64,000 nucleotides of DNA from Candidatus Latescibacterota bacterium (GTDB lineage Bacteria > Latescibacterota > UBA2968 > GCA-2709665), in the NCBI GenBank assembly GCA_965203805.1, contig OZ241917.1:4960001-5024000 (forward strand). The letters are read 5' to 3'. This document shows positions 37,346 to 47,985 of the stretch, piece after piece (position 1 is the stretch's first letter; each line of letters begins with the position of its first letter). A program made the translations under genes and the position numbers. Under the pieces are notes generated by a model. The model saw nothing but the letters and a program-made list of their open reading frames with translations. It had not been told where the DNA came from and ran no database searches.

Positions 37346-39526
37346 GTGGAAATTCAGGTTCGAGGGCGTGTGATCGACGATTCGTCTGCGCGGGGACTGG
37401 CAGGGGTTTGCGTCTCGAACGGAGAGCGGATCGTACGGACGAGTGGCGATGGCGAGTATGAACTCACCGTGGAGACCGGCGCGCACCGGTTTGTATTCGT
37501 GACGGTTCCTGACGGCTTCTCGGCAGCGGACGGAACCTACCGGTCCACGCTGGACTGGTCCGAAAGCCGCGAGGGGGTGGTTTTCCGGCTTTCGCCGTCT
37601 CCCGCGCGGGCGGAACGTTCGTTTGAGCTCGTGCAGATTACAGATACGCACATTGTCACCGAAGGAGATACGCTCACCTCGGGGCCGGTGCTGGCGGAAG
37701 CCCTTCAGCAACTCGAACGAGAGGCAGGACCCGATCTGATCATCGCCAGTGGAGACCTGACGGATTGGGGGACTCTGGACCAGCTGACCGCGTTTCGAGA
37801 GGCGGCGGCTTCGATATCCACCCCGGTCTTTCCGCTGTTCGGCGGGCACGATGGGAATAAAGAGCGCATGGGCGGAATTTCGATTGAGGAATTCCTGCAG
37901 ATGAAGGCAGTGCCGAACAACCCCAGGCTGAATGAACTCGTGCGGGAACACGAGGGAAATGCGTCGACCCTGCATTTCGAAGCGGTGCTCGGGCCAACGT
38001 ATTACAGCCTGGATTGGGGCGGGCGCCACTTCGCGTTCTGGCCCAATGAAGATTCATATTACTCGCCGGCGGGCCTGGAGCGGAAGGAAGGGTGGCTGTG
38101 GGCCGACCTGGCGCTGCAGCCGGAGAACCGCGAAATCGTGGTCGTCGTCCATACGCCGCCGCCGGTTGCGTTTCTGCAGGCGCTGAGCCGGTACAACGTT
38201 CGCCTCGTGCTGCACGGCCATTGGCATTCCAGCAAAGTCTCTTCGTACGGCGATATGGTTGTTGCCGCCGCCCCGCCGGTCTGTTTCGGGGGGATCGATA
38301 CCTCGCCGCGGGGCTACCGCCTGGTACGGTTCAGCGGGAAGGACGCGGTCCTGGACGCCGGCGTACTCCGCGCCGCACGGGTGTCTCGGAAGTACCGGGA
38401 GGAATCCCCGCAAGAGATCGGACTCGACGGCGCGACGCTGCGTCTGCGATGGGAGCGTCGGATACCTGGCGGGCTGCACCGGGCGGCGCCCGTGTCGTCC
38501 GGAGGACGCGTGTTCCTGACTCTACGCGACGAGCGTTGGCCGGGTCGTCCGGGCATCTGCTGTCTCGATGCCGCGAGCGGGGACATGCTTTGGCGCGGGG
38601 TGACGGATACCGCGGTAAAGAACAGCGTGGCAGTTCGGGACAACGCGTGCGCCGCGGTGTCGGTAGCCGGTCGCGTGCACGTGCTCGAGGCGGATTCGGG
38701 CAGCCCGTTGTGGCAGGCGGACCTGCCCGGCTATCCGGAACGCTGGATCTATTCCTCTCCGGTAATGGCGGACGGGACCGTGTACGCGGGCGCCAAGGCG
38801 GATTACGCGGCCTTCGATCTGAAGTCGGGTCGCCGCCGATGGCACACGGGGAATGACGTCAGTGACAATTGGGCCTGTTACGCCAGCCCGCTGGTTTCCG
38901 GCGACCTGCTTATCCTCATGGTGCAGCGGACGGGCTTCACAGCGCTGGACCGCCACACGGGGAACGTCGTCTGGGAATGCCCGGCAGGAGTTGAATTTCC
39001 CTATGCAAGGCCGGTCTTGTCGGGCGACCTGCTTCTGAGCGGCGGCGACTCGTCCGGCCTCCACCATTTCTCGGGGGAGGCGTCATTCCTCATCGCGGTC
39101 GAGACCAACTCGGGCAGGGTCGCCTGGAAGAGACCGGTGCTGCCCTCCAGGTACCCGTCGGGATTGCTCGTGTGCGACGACTGGATCTGCGCGACCACGC
39201 CCGATGGCGAGGCCCTTTGTTTCGGTCTGGCTGACGGTGCGTTGCGCTGGCGCTTCCAGACCGGTGACGACCTTCTGGACATGGTTCCCTATCGCCGAGG
39301 GGTACGATCGATCCTTGCGGCGCCGGTGATGTTCGAAGGTTGCCTTATCGTCTGCGGGTGCGACGGGTTTCTGTACGTGCTGGATCCCGCTTCGGGCCGA
39401 TGCCTGGGCGACGTTGCCTTCGGTTCCCCGATCACGGCCCCGCCGCGTACGGTGGAGGGCGGGCTCATCGTCGGGACGGTCGACGGGCGGGTCTTCTGTT
39501 TTGAAGGAACGGGTAACAGTTCCTGA
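37346..39526 (+). CDS. metallophosphoesterase with C-terminal PQQ-like beta-propeller repeats
   Basis: GVCVSNG N-domain, QITDTH, SGDLTD, GGHD, HGHWH; LDAASGDMLW-type repeats; GTG start after ggagg. Confidence 0.85.
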   Translation: MEIQVRGRVIDDSSARGLAGVCVSNGERIVRTSGDGEYELTVETGAHRFVFVTVPDGFSAADGTYRSTLDWSESREGVVFRLSPSPARAERSFELVQITDTHIVTEGDTLTSGPVLAEALQQLEREAGPDLIIASGDLTDWGTLDQLTAFREAAASISTPVFPLFGGHDGNKERMGGISIEEFLQMKAVPNNPRLNELVREHEGNASTLHFEAVLGPTYYSLDWGGRHFAFWPNEDSYYSPAGLERKEGWLWADLALQPENREIVVVVHTPPPVAFLQALSRYNVRLVLHGHWHSSKVSSYGDMVVAAAPPVCFGGIDTSPRGYRLVRFSGKDAVLDAGVLRAARVSRKYREESPQEIGLDGATLRLRWERRIPGGLHRAAPVSSGGRVFLTLRDERWPGRPGICCLDAASGDMLWRGVTDTAVKNSVAVRDNACAAVSVAGRVHVLEADSGSPLWQADLPGYPERWIYSSPVMADGTVYAGAKADYAAFDLKSGRRRWHTGNDVSDNWACYASPLVSGDLLILMVQRTGFTALDRHTGNVVWECPAGVEFPYARPVLSGDLLLSGGDSSGLHHFSGEASFLIAVETNSGRVAWKRPVLPSRYPSGLLVCDDWICATTPDGEALCFGLADGALRWRFQTGDDLLDMVPYRRGVRSILAAPVMFEGCLIVCGCDGFLYVLDPASGRCLGDVAFGSPITAPPRTVEGGLIVGTVDGRVFCFEGTGNSS

Positions 39527-39599
39527 GGATGGCAGATCCCGTTGTGGCGCGGGATGTACGTCCGTGAGCACGAGAGGTCCGAATGGAGTGAAGTCCCGG

Positions 39600-40760
39600 A
39601 TGAAACCGTTTTTTTCGTTTGCGCGATTCGATCGTCTTCTGAACGCGGCCGGCATGGAGGCGATGCTTTTCTGCCGCCCCTCCTCCTACCTCTATTTTAC
39701 GACGTTGCCGTGGTACGAGCGGCTCCTCTTTTCCGATATGCCGGGACAATATATCCTGCCGAAAGCCGGGTATATTCGCGGTCGTCCGGATCGAGCCTTC
39801 GCCACGGCGTCGGCACAGATGGACTTCCCGGATTTCAAGGCGCAGAATATCTGGATTTCGGACATCCGACCCGCCATGTCGGCGGCGCCGTACGAGCGGC
39901 AGGCCGAGCTCATCATCCGGATTCTCCGGGAAAAGGGCATCGGATCGGGACGGGTGGGTATAGAACGCGGGACCCTTCCCCACGACCTGGTCGCCGCCCT
40001 TGACGGCCTCGCTCCCGAGATTCGCTGGACGGAGTGCCGGGACGTGCTCTTCAGGCTCCAGGAGTTCAAGTCCGAGGCGGAGCTGGAACGGCTGCGGACG
40101 TCCTGCCGGATCACCGAAAAGGGGATGATGCGGGTATTCGACATGCTCTCGAGCGGCGTGACTCCCGAGGATCTGATGGACGAATACGTAAAGACCACCG
40201 GGGGACTCTATACGGAGCGATTCGGACACTTCTTTTCGGTCCATTTCAAGGACTTTCACTTTACCGGCCGAGAATTGAAAAGCCCGCCGCTGCAGGCGGA
40301 GACGCTCATTCACATTGACGTGTCCTCGATCCACAAGGGACTGATTTCGGATATCGGGCGGAACTTCTACTTCGGCATGGCGGTCCCGCCGGAAGTGGAG
40401 CGCTGCAGTCTGGCCTGCACAAGAGCCATTCAGGTTGTTTTCGACCGTCTGAAACCCGGAATCTCATGTGCAGAAGTGGACAGCCTGTCGAAGGAAGTCC
40501 TGTTCGATCTGCTGGGCGATCCGGTCGGCGTGAACGTGGGCTTTCACTCCCACGGGATCGGCTGGATCCTGTATAGCTATCCGTTGATTTCTCCCGATCC
40601 GGAAGGTGAAATCCTTCCCGGCCATGCGTTTACGCTGGAGTACAAGGTGAAATTCCCCGGCATCGGACACTTCAAGTGCGAAGACACGTTCGCCATGCAC
40701 GACGATGGGCCCGAGTGCCTGTGCGGGCTCGAGCGGAAGCTCTTCGTGAAGTCCGGTTGA
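39600..40760 (+). CDS. M24 family metallopeptidase (Xaa-Pro aminopeptidase/creatinase-like)
   Basis: FKSEAELERLR, IDVS..SDIGR, HSHGIG, TLEY, CEDTF ligands. Confidence 0.88.
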   Translation: MKPFFSFARFDRLLNAAGMEAMLFCRPSSYLYFTTLPWYERLLFSDMPGQYILPKAGYIRGRPDRAFATASAQMDFPDFKAQNIWISDIRPAMSAAPYERQAELIIRILREKGIGSGRVGIERGTLPHDLVAALDGLAPEIRWTECRDVLFRLQEFKSEAELERLRTSCRITEKGMMRVFDMLSSGVTPEDLMDEYVKTTGGLYTERFGHFFSVHFKDFHFTGRELKSPPLQAETLIHIDVSSIHKGLISDIGRNFYFGMAVPPEVERCSLACTRAIQVVFDRLKPGISCAEVDSLSKEVLFDLLGDPVGVNVGFHSHGIGWILYSYPLISPDPEGEILPGHAFTLEYKVKFPGIGHFKCEDTFAMHDDGPECLCGLERKLFVKSG

Positions 40761-40815
40761 GTCCCGGAGGGAGGAATTGCCGGGAGGTACCCTTTTGCAG
40801 ACGGGATAGGCTGAG

Positions 40816-42261
40816 ATGGAGAAGGCGATATTGCACGCCGGCGCCGCCCAACGGGTGATCACGCCCCAGGTGGGCGTGTCGATGTCCGGGTGGAACCCGC
40901 GGGCATCCGGGGATATCAGGTCGCGCTACGTGCACGACGATCTCTATGCCAAGGCGCTGGTTCTGCGCAACGGGAGTCGGGCGTGGGGCCTGGTTGCCGT
41001 CGATCTCTCGGGCGTGGACGCGGTTGCCACGGAGCAGATTCGGCAGGGCGCCGCACAGCGGACCGGGCTGGCGCCGGGGGCGATCATGGTCTGCGCGACG
41101 CACACGCACTCCGGACCGGCGTTCTGCCCGGTCGCCACAGCATACAGCCCGGAAGATATGGCCCGTCTCACCATCGGGAGGGACGGATCGGCGCCGGCCG
41201 CGATGGGTGAGGTCACAACGGTCTCGTCGTCTGCCAGTTGGGTGGGTGAGACGGATCTGGCGTGGAAGGCCTGGTTTGTCGCGCAGGCCATAGAGGCGGT
41301 GGAGGAGGCGCACGGTACGGCGCGGCCGGCTTCGGTGGGTTTCGGGAAGGCTCGGATCGACGGCGTGGCCGGTTCGAGGCGAGTACTGATGTCGGACGGG
41401 AGCTGGGGAGACCCGAGACGGGACCCCGTCGCGGGTGTTCGGGTGATTTCGCGTACCCGGATCGATCCAATGGTTCGCGTATTCGCAGTGCGGGAGCGGG
41501 GGACGGAAGCGCCGCTCGCCGTGGTGATCAACTACGGCACACACCCCTGGATATTCTGCGGATCGGGCATCTCCGCCGAGATCGCCGGCGTGGCGGCCGG
41601 CCAGGTGGCGGACGCGTGGGCGCGTAGCGAGGAAAAATCGCCGGTTGTTCTCTATACGTCCGGCCCCGAGGGTGACGTGACGCCCATCTGGAATATCGAT
41701 ATCGAAGGGGTCTGGAAGACCCTTCCCGGCGAGGATCCCAAGGAGAGTCTTGCCAGAAGGGAGCGCGGATTCGACCGGGAACTGGCGCGTCTGGGCGGGC
41801 GCGTGGCGGATGGATCGATGACGGCGATCCGCGGGATTACGGGCTGGGATGAGACTCCGGACGTATGGGCCCGCCGCAGGGAAGTGGCGCTGCCGCTGAA
41901 GAAGGGCTACCGCCATGTGGACGACGTTCTCCTGGCTGGCTGGCAGCGGGCCGCACCCGAATCCCTCCACCTGACGGAAGTACAGGCGCTGGGCGCGGGC
42001 GAATGGGTCCTGCTGGGGTTACCGGGAGAACCGTTTGTTTCGCTTGGCGCGGCAATCAGGGCTCGATCGGGATCTCGCCCGCTGCTGATCGCCGCGCTCG
42101 CGAATGAATTCGGCGCCGTCAGTTACGTCGCCGAAAGAGAAGCCTTCAAGCAGGGAGGCTACGAGACCGCGTTCACACCGGTCGGTCCGGGCGGGGGCGA
42201 AGCGCTGGTGGACGGCGCCGTCGCGCTGCTCTTGAACAAAAAAAGTGGAAATAAACCTTGA
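40816..42261 (+). CDS. neutral/alkaline ceramidase-like hydrolase
   Basis: ITPQVG..MSGW, VHDDLYAKALVL, ATHTHSGP, NYGTHP, LPGEPFV. Confidence 0.8.
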   Translation: MEKAILHAGAAQRVITPQVGVSMSGWNPRASGDIRSRYVHDDLYAKALVLRNGSRAWGLVAVDLSGVDAVATEQIRQGAAQRTGLAPGAIMVCATHTHSGPAFCPVATAYSPEDMARLTIGRDGSAPAAMGEVTTVSSSASWVGETDLAWKAWFVAQAIEAVEEAHGTARPASVGFGKARIDGVAGSRRVLMSDGSWGDPRRDPVAGVRVISRTRIDPMVRVFAVRERGTEAPLAVVINYGTHPWIFCGSGISAEIAGVAAGQVADAWARSEEKSPVVLYTSGPEGDVTPIWNIDIEGVWKTLPGEDPKESLARRERGFDRELARLGGRVADGSMTAIRGITGWDETPDVWARRREVALPLKKGYRHVDDVLLAGWQRAAPESLHLTEVQALGAGEWVLLGLPGEPFVSLGAAIRARSGSRPLLIAALANEFGAVSYVAEREAFKQGGYETAFTPVGPGGGEALVDGAVALLLNKKSGNKP

Positions 42262-42460
42262 CAATTCGATAATGGGATACATAGTTAGTGGGAGTTAAAA
42301 TACATATTAGACGTTGCCTGATCGAATCTGAACAAGACGGATTGTCGCGTCGGCCGTGCCGGTATGCAGTCACCGGTTTTTCAGGCGAAATTTCCTCCGA
42401 TTTCCGTCTTCGCAGTCGATCGTCTTGTCTGAACCGCTCATGTGGATGGAGGATACGGGT

Positions 42461-45400
42461 ATGAACAGGGTTAAGACCGGTTTGAAGGTCGCGATGGCGC
42501 TCCTTGCCGTTCTTGTGCTTGCAGGCGGGGCGTTGGCCGGTACGACGGGGAAGATCGTTGGAAAGGTGACCGACGAAAACGGAGAAGCGCTGCCCGGCGC
42601 CAGCGTGGTCGTCGAAGGAACGCGGATGGGCGCTTCCACGGATGCCGAAGGATTCTACGTGATCATCTCAGTCGACCCAGACATTTACAAGATGACGGCA
42701 TCCATGGTCGGGTACCATCCGGTAACCCAGGAACAAATTCACGTGCGGTCCGATTTTACCAATACGGTGGATTTTCAGCTTCGCGAAACGGAGCTGGAGC
42801 TGGAGGAAATGGTTGTCGTCGCGGAAGCGCCTCCCGTGGAGCCCGATAAAACGGAGAGCCGGTACGTGGTGACCGCCCAGGATATCGCGCGAACGCCGAT
42901 CCTGAGAGATGCCTCGGAATTCGTCGCTCTGGAAGCGGGCGTGGCAGTGGACGGCAGCGGGGTGATCCGCGGCGGGCAGGTGGAAGACAATCTGATCTAC
43001 GTCGATGGCGTCCGTCTCCAGAACCAGGACGGACGCGCGGGGCCCACTTCGCGGGGCAGCCAGTGGTGGGGCGCCAACGTCAAGGCGCTGCAGGAGGTTT
43101 CCGTTATTACGGGCGGGATGAACGCCGAATACGGGAACGCGCAGGCAGGCGTGATTCAGATGGTGACGCGGGACGGCGGATCCAACTACCACGGCGAGGC
43201 CGAGTATCGACTGACGCCGGGCGGCAAAAAGCACTGGGGCGCCAACGTCTACGATGCGCCAGAACACCGCGGGCACATGCGATGGAACGATCCCGCGTGG
43301 ACGTCGGAGGTGGATCCCGAGACCGGCGCGCTCGTGCACCAGCGGACGAACTACACGGACCAGCGGGGTCACTATTTCGACGCCTATCTCGGCGGCCCGC
43401 TCCTCCCGGAAACGTCTTTCTTCGTGAGTTCGCGGAACCGGCGGGATGCCGCCAGATTCCCGGGGGCGTGGTCCGTACGGCCGTTCAATACCCGGAACAC
43501 GGCGAAGTTAACCATCCGGGCGCACGACAACGTCAAGATGCAGATCGGCTGGCTTTACGACCGCTGGAAGTCCTTCAATAACGGAGCGCTGGGCGGGACA
43601 ACCCCTTCCGTCAGCAACGTGCTGAGGGGCCCGGGCCGCGACATTTTCCTGCCCGAAGGGTCGCCCGCGGGGGAGACGATCAATACCGAAAGCGTCCTCT
43701 ACGGCGTGATTACACATACGATCAGTCCACGGACCTTCTATGAATTGAGGCTCTCGCGATACCGGAGCAATCAGGACACCAGCGGCGTTTCAATTACGAC
43801 GGCGGACATCGGAACGGATGCGGACGGCTGGTTCTACACGGGCCGGGGAAGCGTGCGCGCGTATACTTTCGGACAGCAGACACGGAGCGCGATCAAGTTC
43901 GACCTGTCCAGCCAGCTTACGAAAACGCACTTTTCCAAAATCGGGATTGATTTCACGGGCTACAGCAATCATTTCATTCGCGAAGGCAACACGCCCGGCG
44001 ACGCGCGGAAACAGATCCTGTACATCGGAAATCCCGAGCCCGGACAGCCAATAGAGCCAAAACAGTTCGCGGCCTACGTCCAGGACAAGATGGAGTTCGA
44101 GGGCTTCATTGTGAATGCAGGCATCCGCTACGACCGTTTCTGGGGCGCCGACGTTCCGGTGATGGGCGCGCTGCGTGCGTTCCAGTACACGACGATGTCA
44201 CGGTATCTCACGGCGCCAAGGTACCCCATGAAGCCCATTGCCAACTGGAGTCCGCGGCTGGGTATCTCCCACCCGATCACGTACCGCTCGAGCCTCCATT
44301 TCTTCTACGGGCATTTCTATCAGCTGCCGAGTTTCTACCAGATGTTCCACGACCAGTGGTTCGGTTCGGGCGACGGGATACCGGGCGTCGGCTTCAGCGA
44401 ATATACCAGCCACTACCGTCCGGCGCCCACGTCCATCTCAAGGCCGATATGGGACAATACGGCGCGGACGATCAGCTTCGAACTGGGCGCGGACTGGAAC
44501 TTCGTGTCCGACTATACGCTTGCGCTGGCGACGTTCTACAAGAGCGCCTCCTTCCAGGAAACCGGAGGTTGGGACGTCTTCCTCTATCCTGAGTTGCGCG
44601 GCGCGGGGGTCCGCCTTCGCCAGCGCCTCTCCAGCACCCTGTCAAACATCCGCCTCGAAGACACGCGCGGCCTGGAATTCAGCCTGAGGAAGGGCTTCAG
44701 CCACTACTTCTCGTTCCGCGCCGCCCTCAATATGGCCTGGAGCGACTACAGTCTCGGCGGCGGCGGTACCGTCAGCAACGGCGCAACCGTGATCCCCGAC
44801 TCGAACTATATCGCCAGCGGCAATTATTTCTTCGCCTGGGAGGTCGCGGGCGGGTCGGAACGACCCGTAACCCTTACCGATGAACAGATCCGGATCATCG
44901 GTCACGGAGCCAACGAGGCTATAAGAAACGCCCAGGCGGACCGGCGGGTCGCCGGGGGCTATGTCTACGACTTTTCAACCAACAGGGACGCCATCGTTCC
45001 CACCTGGGAGGAAGAATGGCTTTCGGACGCGGCCCGGGAGGGCGCCCGCGGCCTGTGGATCGTGCACGGGCACAGGGCGAATGAGGGTACGGACGTGGGC
45101 CGTAGAAGCCAGGGCAGCCTCCAGATGTTCCTGTCCACGCCGCAGGATTTCGGTGTAGGGCCGAAGGTCGGCGGCAGCACGCTTCTCGGTAGCGTCAATG
45201 CAAACCTGATCTACCGGATCTATACCGGATCGCAGTTCACCTATCTGGTCCTGGACGGGACGCGCCAGATTGCGAGAGGTCCTTTGCGTACCGTCATGGA
45301 TCTGAACGTGCAGAAACGCTTCGAACTGGGCGGAGCCAGCGCCGACGTCTTCGTGGAGGTCTTCAATCTGTTCAACCAGCGGGACGCGCTGGCCTCGGGA

Positions 45401-45538
45401 ACCGACTACATGTGGTGGGGGTTGCAGACGCCCCGCCCGAACGATGCGAACTATCTCAATTACGGCGATTTCCAGGACCGCAGCCGGTACGTCGGCGATC
45501 CCCGTATCACACACGTGGGCATTCGTATGCGGTTCTGA
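42461..45538 (+). CDS. TonB-dependent receptor with N-terminal carboxypeptidase-regulatory-like domain
   Basis: Signal peptide, GTTGKIVGKVTD..LPGASV, IRGG...YVDG, ITGGMNAEYGNAQAGVI plug, SPRLGISHPI, terminal F. Confidence 0.93.
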   Translation: MNRVKTGLKVAMALLAVLVLAGGALAGTTGKIVGKVTDENGEALPGASVVVEGTRMGASTDAEGFYVIISVDPDIYKMTASMVGYHPVTQEQIHVRSDFTNTVDFQLRETELELEEMVVVAEAPPVEPDKTESRYVVTAQDIARTPILRDASEFVALEAGVAVDGSGVIRGGQVEDNLIYVDGVRLQNQDGRAGPTSRGSQWWGANVKALQEVSVITGGMNAEYGNAQAGVIQMVTRDGGSNYHGEAEYRLTPGGKKHWGANVYDAPEHRGHMRWNDPAWTSEVDPETGALVHQRTNYTDQRGHYFDAYLGGPLLPETSFFVSSRNRRDAARFPGAWSVRPFNTRNTAKLTIRAHDNVKMQIGWLYDRWKSFNNGALGGTTPSVSNVLRGPGRDIFLPEGSPAGETINTESVLYGVITHTISPRTFYELRLSRYRSNQDTSGVSITTADIGTDADGWFYTGRGSVRAYTFGQQTRSAIKFDLSSQLTKTHFSKIGIDFTGYSNHFIREGNTPGDARKQILYIGNPEPGQPIEPKQFAAYVQDKMEFEGFIVNAGIRYDRFWGADVPVMGALRAFQYTTMSRYLTAPRYPMKPIANWSPRLGISHPITYRSSLHFFYGHFYQLPSFYQMFHDQWFGSGDGIPGVGFSEYTSHYRPAPTSISRPIWDNTARTISFELGADWNFVSDYTLALATFYKSASFQETGGWDVFLYPELRGAGVRLRQRLSSTLSNIRLEDTRGLEFSLRKGFSHYFSFRAALNMAWSDYSLGGGGTVSNGATVIPDSNYIASGNYFFAWEVAGGSERPVTLTDEQIRIIGHGANEAIRNAQADRRVAGGYVYDFSTNRDAIVPTWEEEWLSDAAREGARGLWIVHGHRANEGTDVGRRSQGSLQMFLSTPQDFGVGPKVGGSTLLGSVNANLIYRIYTGSQFTYLVLDGTRQIARGPLRTVMDLNVQKRFELGGASADVFVEVFNLFNQRDALASGTDYMWWGLQTPRPNDANYLNYGDFQDRSRYVGDPRITHVGIRMRF

Positions 45539-45597
45539 TGCGGCCGGGCTGAAAGTGTGCCGGAACAATGGATGCCGACACGAAGGAGACCTTCGAC

Positions 45598-47904
45598 ATG
45601 AGTAATATTCCCAGGATCGAGGCGATGGCAGTGCTTGTTGCGCTGCTTTTGTGCGTGCCTGACCCCGCGGCGGCGCAGGAGAACCACAGGTTCCAGACGC
45701 GCGCGAAGGTGTGGGATATGTTCTGGAACTACGGGACTCAGGGCGTTTCCGAAGACCCGGACGCCTGGTTGAGCTATTACCGCCAGATGGGCATGCAATA
45801 TCCGGGCGTTTGGACTCGCCAGTATTCCACGGAATTCCAGGACTACTGGGGAGAGCGGAGCTGGGGCTCCCTTCATCCCGCCTACGCGGCGTTGTTCGAA
45901 TCGACGGCCACGATGCCCGGTTTCAGTACCTTTATAGCAACCCGGGTGCCGGACGACCCGGAGGGCGAATACTACGTGTCGATATCCAAGCCCCGCGCCA
46001 TTACGGACGACATCAGGATGATGTCCTACGATGCGTCCATGGGGCCGGAGGCGAATATCGGGTACCCGAACTATTCTCCCATAGGACCCGCGATGGCCAA
46101 CTGGTGGCCGGGCGAGTCGCCTGTAGAAAGCCGGTACGTCACCGAGATCCACAACTACCGGTACGGCCACTATATGGATCCCGATAAAGATAACTTCCCC
46201 GAGAGCCTTCTCATTATGCGGTGGACGACGAAGCGGGGGATCACGGTAACCAAGAAGGTCTATACCTGGAGTTATCCCGATTACGACGACTTCCAGATTA
46301 TGGAGTACGAATTCGAGAATACCGGTGACTCGGACGGGGACGGCGCGGCGGACCTGAACGGGGGCGCCGGGCTGCGGCTGAACGACACCTTCTTCGCCTT
46401 CTCGGTCCGCTTCTTCATCTCGCAGTCCGGACACGGATGGATGAACTACGATGCATGGTATCGGCGAACCCGGCCCACGGACAACGATGACTGGTTCAAG
46501 TTCACCGAGGCGGCCAATTACGACGGGCCAGGCGCGGGGTTGGGCATGAAAATGTGGTACGCCTATGACGGCGACAACCCCCTCATGCCCGGCGACGACA
46601 TCGGCAAGCCCTACAACCCGTCAACGGCCAATCCCGGCTATCGCGGGCGGCCGTCGCAGGTACGGGTACCGGGAGAGTTGACGGCATTCCAGTACACCGG
46701 ATTCGCGCCCATCGCGTACCTGCCGTCATCCTCGAACGATCCGGGCACGTTTTCCTACGACACGAAGGGAGACAACAGCTACGTCGCCCCCAGGATCGAA
46801 GAACAGCCCCATACGGTAAGGTGGTGGGAATACCGGAACCGCGGCGACTTCGACGAGCCGGACCAGGACAACCATTCGTTCCAGGAAATCTATGACCAGC
46901 TGATCGGCGCCGAATCCGATATCAGGGACAATCCACCGGTGGTCGGGGCGTGGCACGGATCCATCGCGTACGGTCCTTACGACCTGGCGCCGGGCGACAA
47001 GGCCAAATTTGTCTTCGTCCTGGCGGCGGCCGCGCCCGTTGAAGAGAATATCTGGGGATGGGCCAAGCAGGGCAAGCAGGCTGAAATGCGTACGGACAAG
47101 GCGTTCAACAACCTGGTCAAGCACGTTGACAAGGCCAAGGAGGCGTTTCAGTGGAACTACGACCTCCCCGACGCGCCGCCCGACGTGAAGGTTGACGTGG
47201 GCGTGACGACGGAAGGCTTCATATCCCTGGCCTGGGACGACACGGCAGACGACGCTGCGAACCCCGACTACTCGGGCGCGGAGGCCAACGACGTGCTGGG
47301 CTACCGGGTCTACCGGTCTCTCTTCAAACGCGACGACTGGGAACTGATGGTGGAGATCCCGGTGAAGTCGGACATTTTCTACAGCGGCGGAAAGTATGAA
47401 TTTGTCGACAAGAAATCGATCGCGGGATTTCTCTACGATTACAGTGTGCGCACGTACAGCGCGGCACACAACGACTGGAACGGCACGGGCCTCGCCATTC
47501 CCTCCCTGGAGAGCGGCAACAGTTCGCCGGAGCAGTGGGTGAACGGTGTCAAGGTCTCTACACCCTATGTCCCGTCCACGGCGCAGTCCGACCAGTTGGA
47601 CAGGAAAGTGATCGTAACCCCGAATCCATACCGGGATGACGGCGCCCACGCGTATGAGAACAAGGGCCAGATCCGGTTTCTGAACATCCCGCGGAAGTGC
47701 CAGATCCGGATATACACGGTAGCGGGGGACCTGATCGCCGAGGTCAATCACGACGATCAGGGGCGGGGCGAGACCACGTGGAGCCAGACGACCATCGACA
47801 ACGTGGGTTCGGCTTCGGCCGGCGTGTACTTTTACGTGGTTGAGTCGCTGGTGGACGGTACATCCGGAAGAACCCAACGCGGTATATTCCTTATCAGCAA
47901 GTAA
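45598..47904 (+). CDS. secreted protein with FN3-like domain and T9SS type A-like C-terminal domain
   Basis: Signal peptide (AAA-QE); GYRVYRS..FVD..YDYSV; VTPNPY..IRFLNIP..IRIYTVAGDLI..AGVYFYVV..IFLISK. Confidence 0.8.
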   Translation: MSNIPRIEAMAVLVALLLCVPDPAAAQENHRFQTRAKVWDMFWNYGTQGVSEDPDAWLSYYRQMGMQYPGVWTRQYSTEFQDYWGERSWGSLHPAYAALFESTATMPGFSTFIATRVPDDPEGEYYVSISKPRAITDDIRMMSYDASMGPEANIGYPNYSPIGPAMANWWPGESPVESRYVTEIHNYRYGHYMDPDKDNFPESLLIMRWTTKRGITVTKKVYTWSYPDYDDFQIMEYEFENTGDSDGDGAADLNGGAGLRLNDTFFAFSVRFFISQSGHGWMNYDAWYRRTRPTDNDDWFKFTEAANYDGPGAGLGMKMWYAYDGDNPLMPGDDIGKPYNPSTANPGYRGRPSQVRVPGELTAFQYTGFAPIAYLPSSSNDPGTFSYDTKGDNSYVAPRIEEQPHTVRWWEYRNRGDFDEPDQDNHSFQEIYDQLIGAESDIRDNPPVVGAWHGSIAYGPYDLAPGDKAKFVFVLAAAAPVEENIWGWAKQGKQAEMRTDKAFNNLVKHVDKAKEAFQWNYDLPDAPPDVKVDVGVTTEGFISLAWDDTADDAANPDYSGAEANDVLGYRVYRSLFKRDDWELMVEIPVKSDIFYSGGKYEFVDKKSIAGFLYDYSVRTYSAAHNDWNGTGLAIPSLESGNSSPEQWVNGVKVSTPYVPSTAQSDQLDRKVIVTPNPYRDDGAHAYENKGQIRFLNIPRKCQIRIYTVAGDLIAEVNHDDQGRGETTWSQTTIDNVGSASAGVYFYVVESLVDGTSGRTQRGIFLISK

Positions 47905-47985
47905 GACGGCCGGATTGCACAGTCAGGGAATCCCGGTTCGCCTTGTCGTCGAACCGCTCAACCGAAACGGAGAAGGAACAGACCT

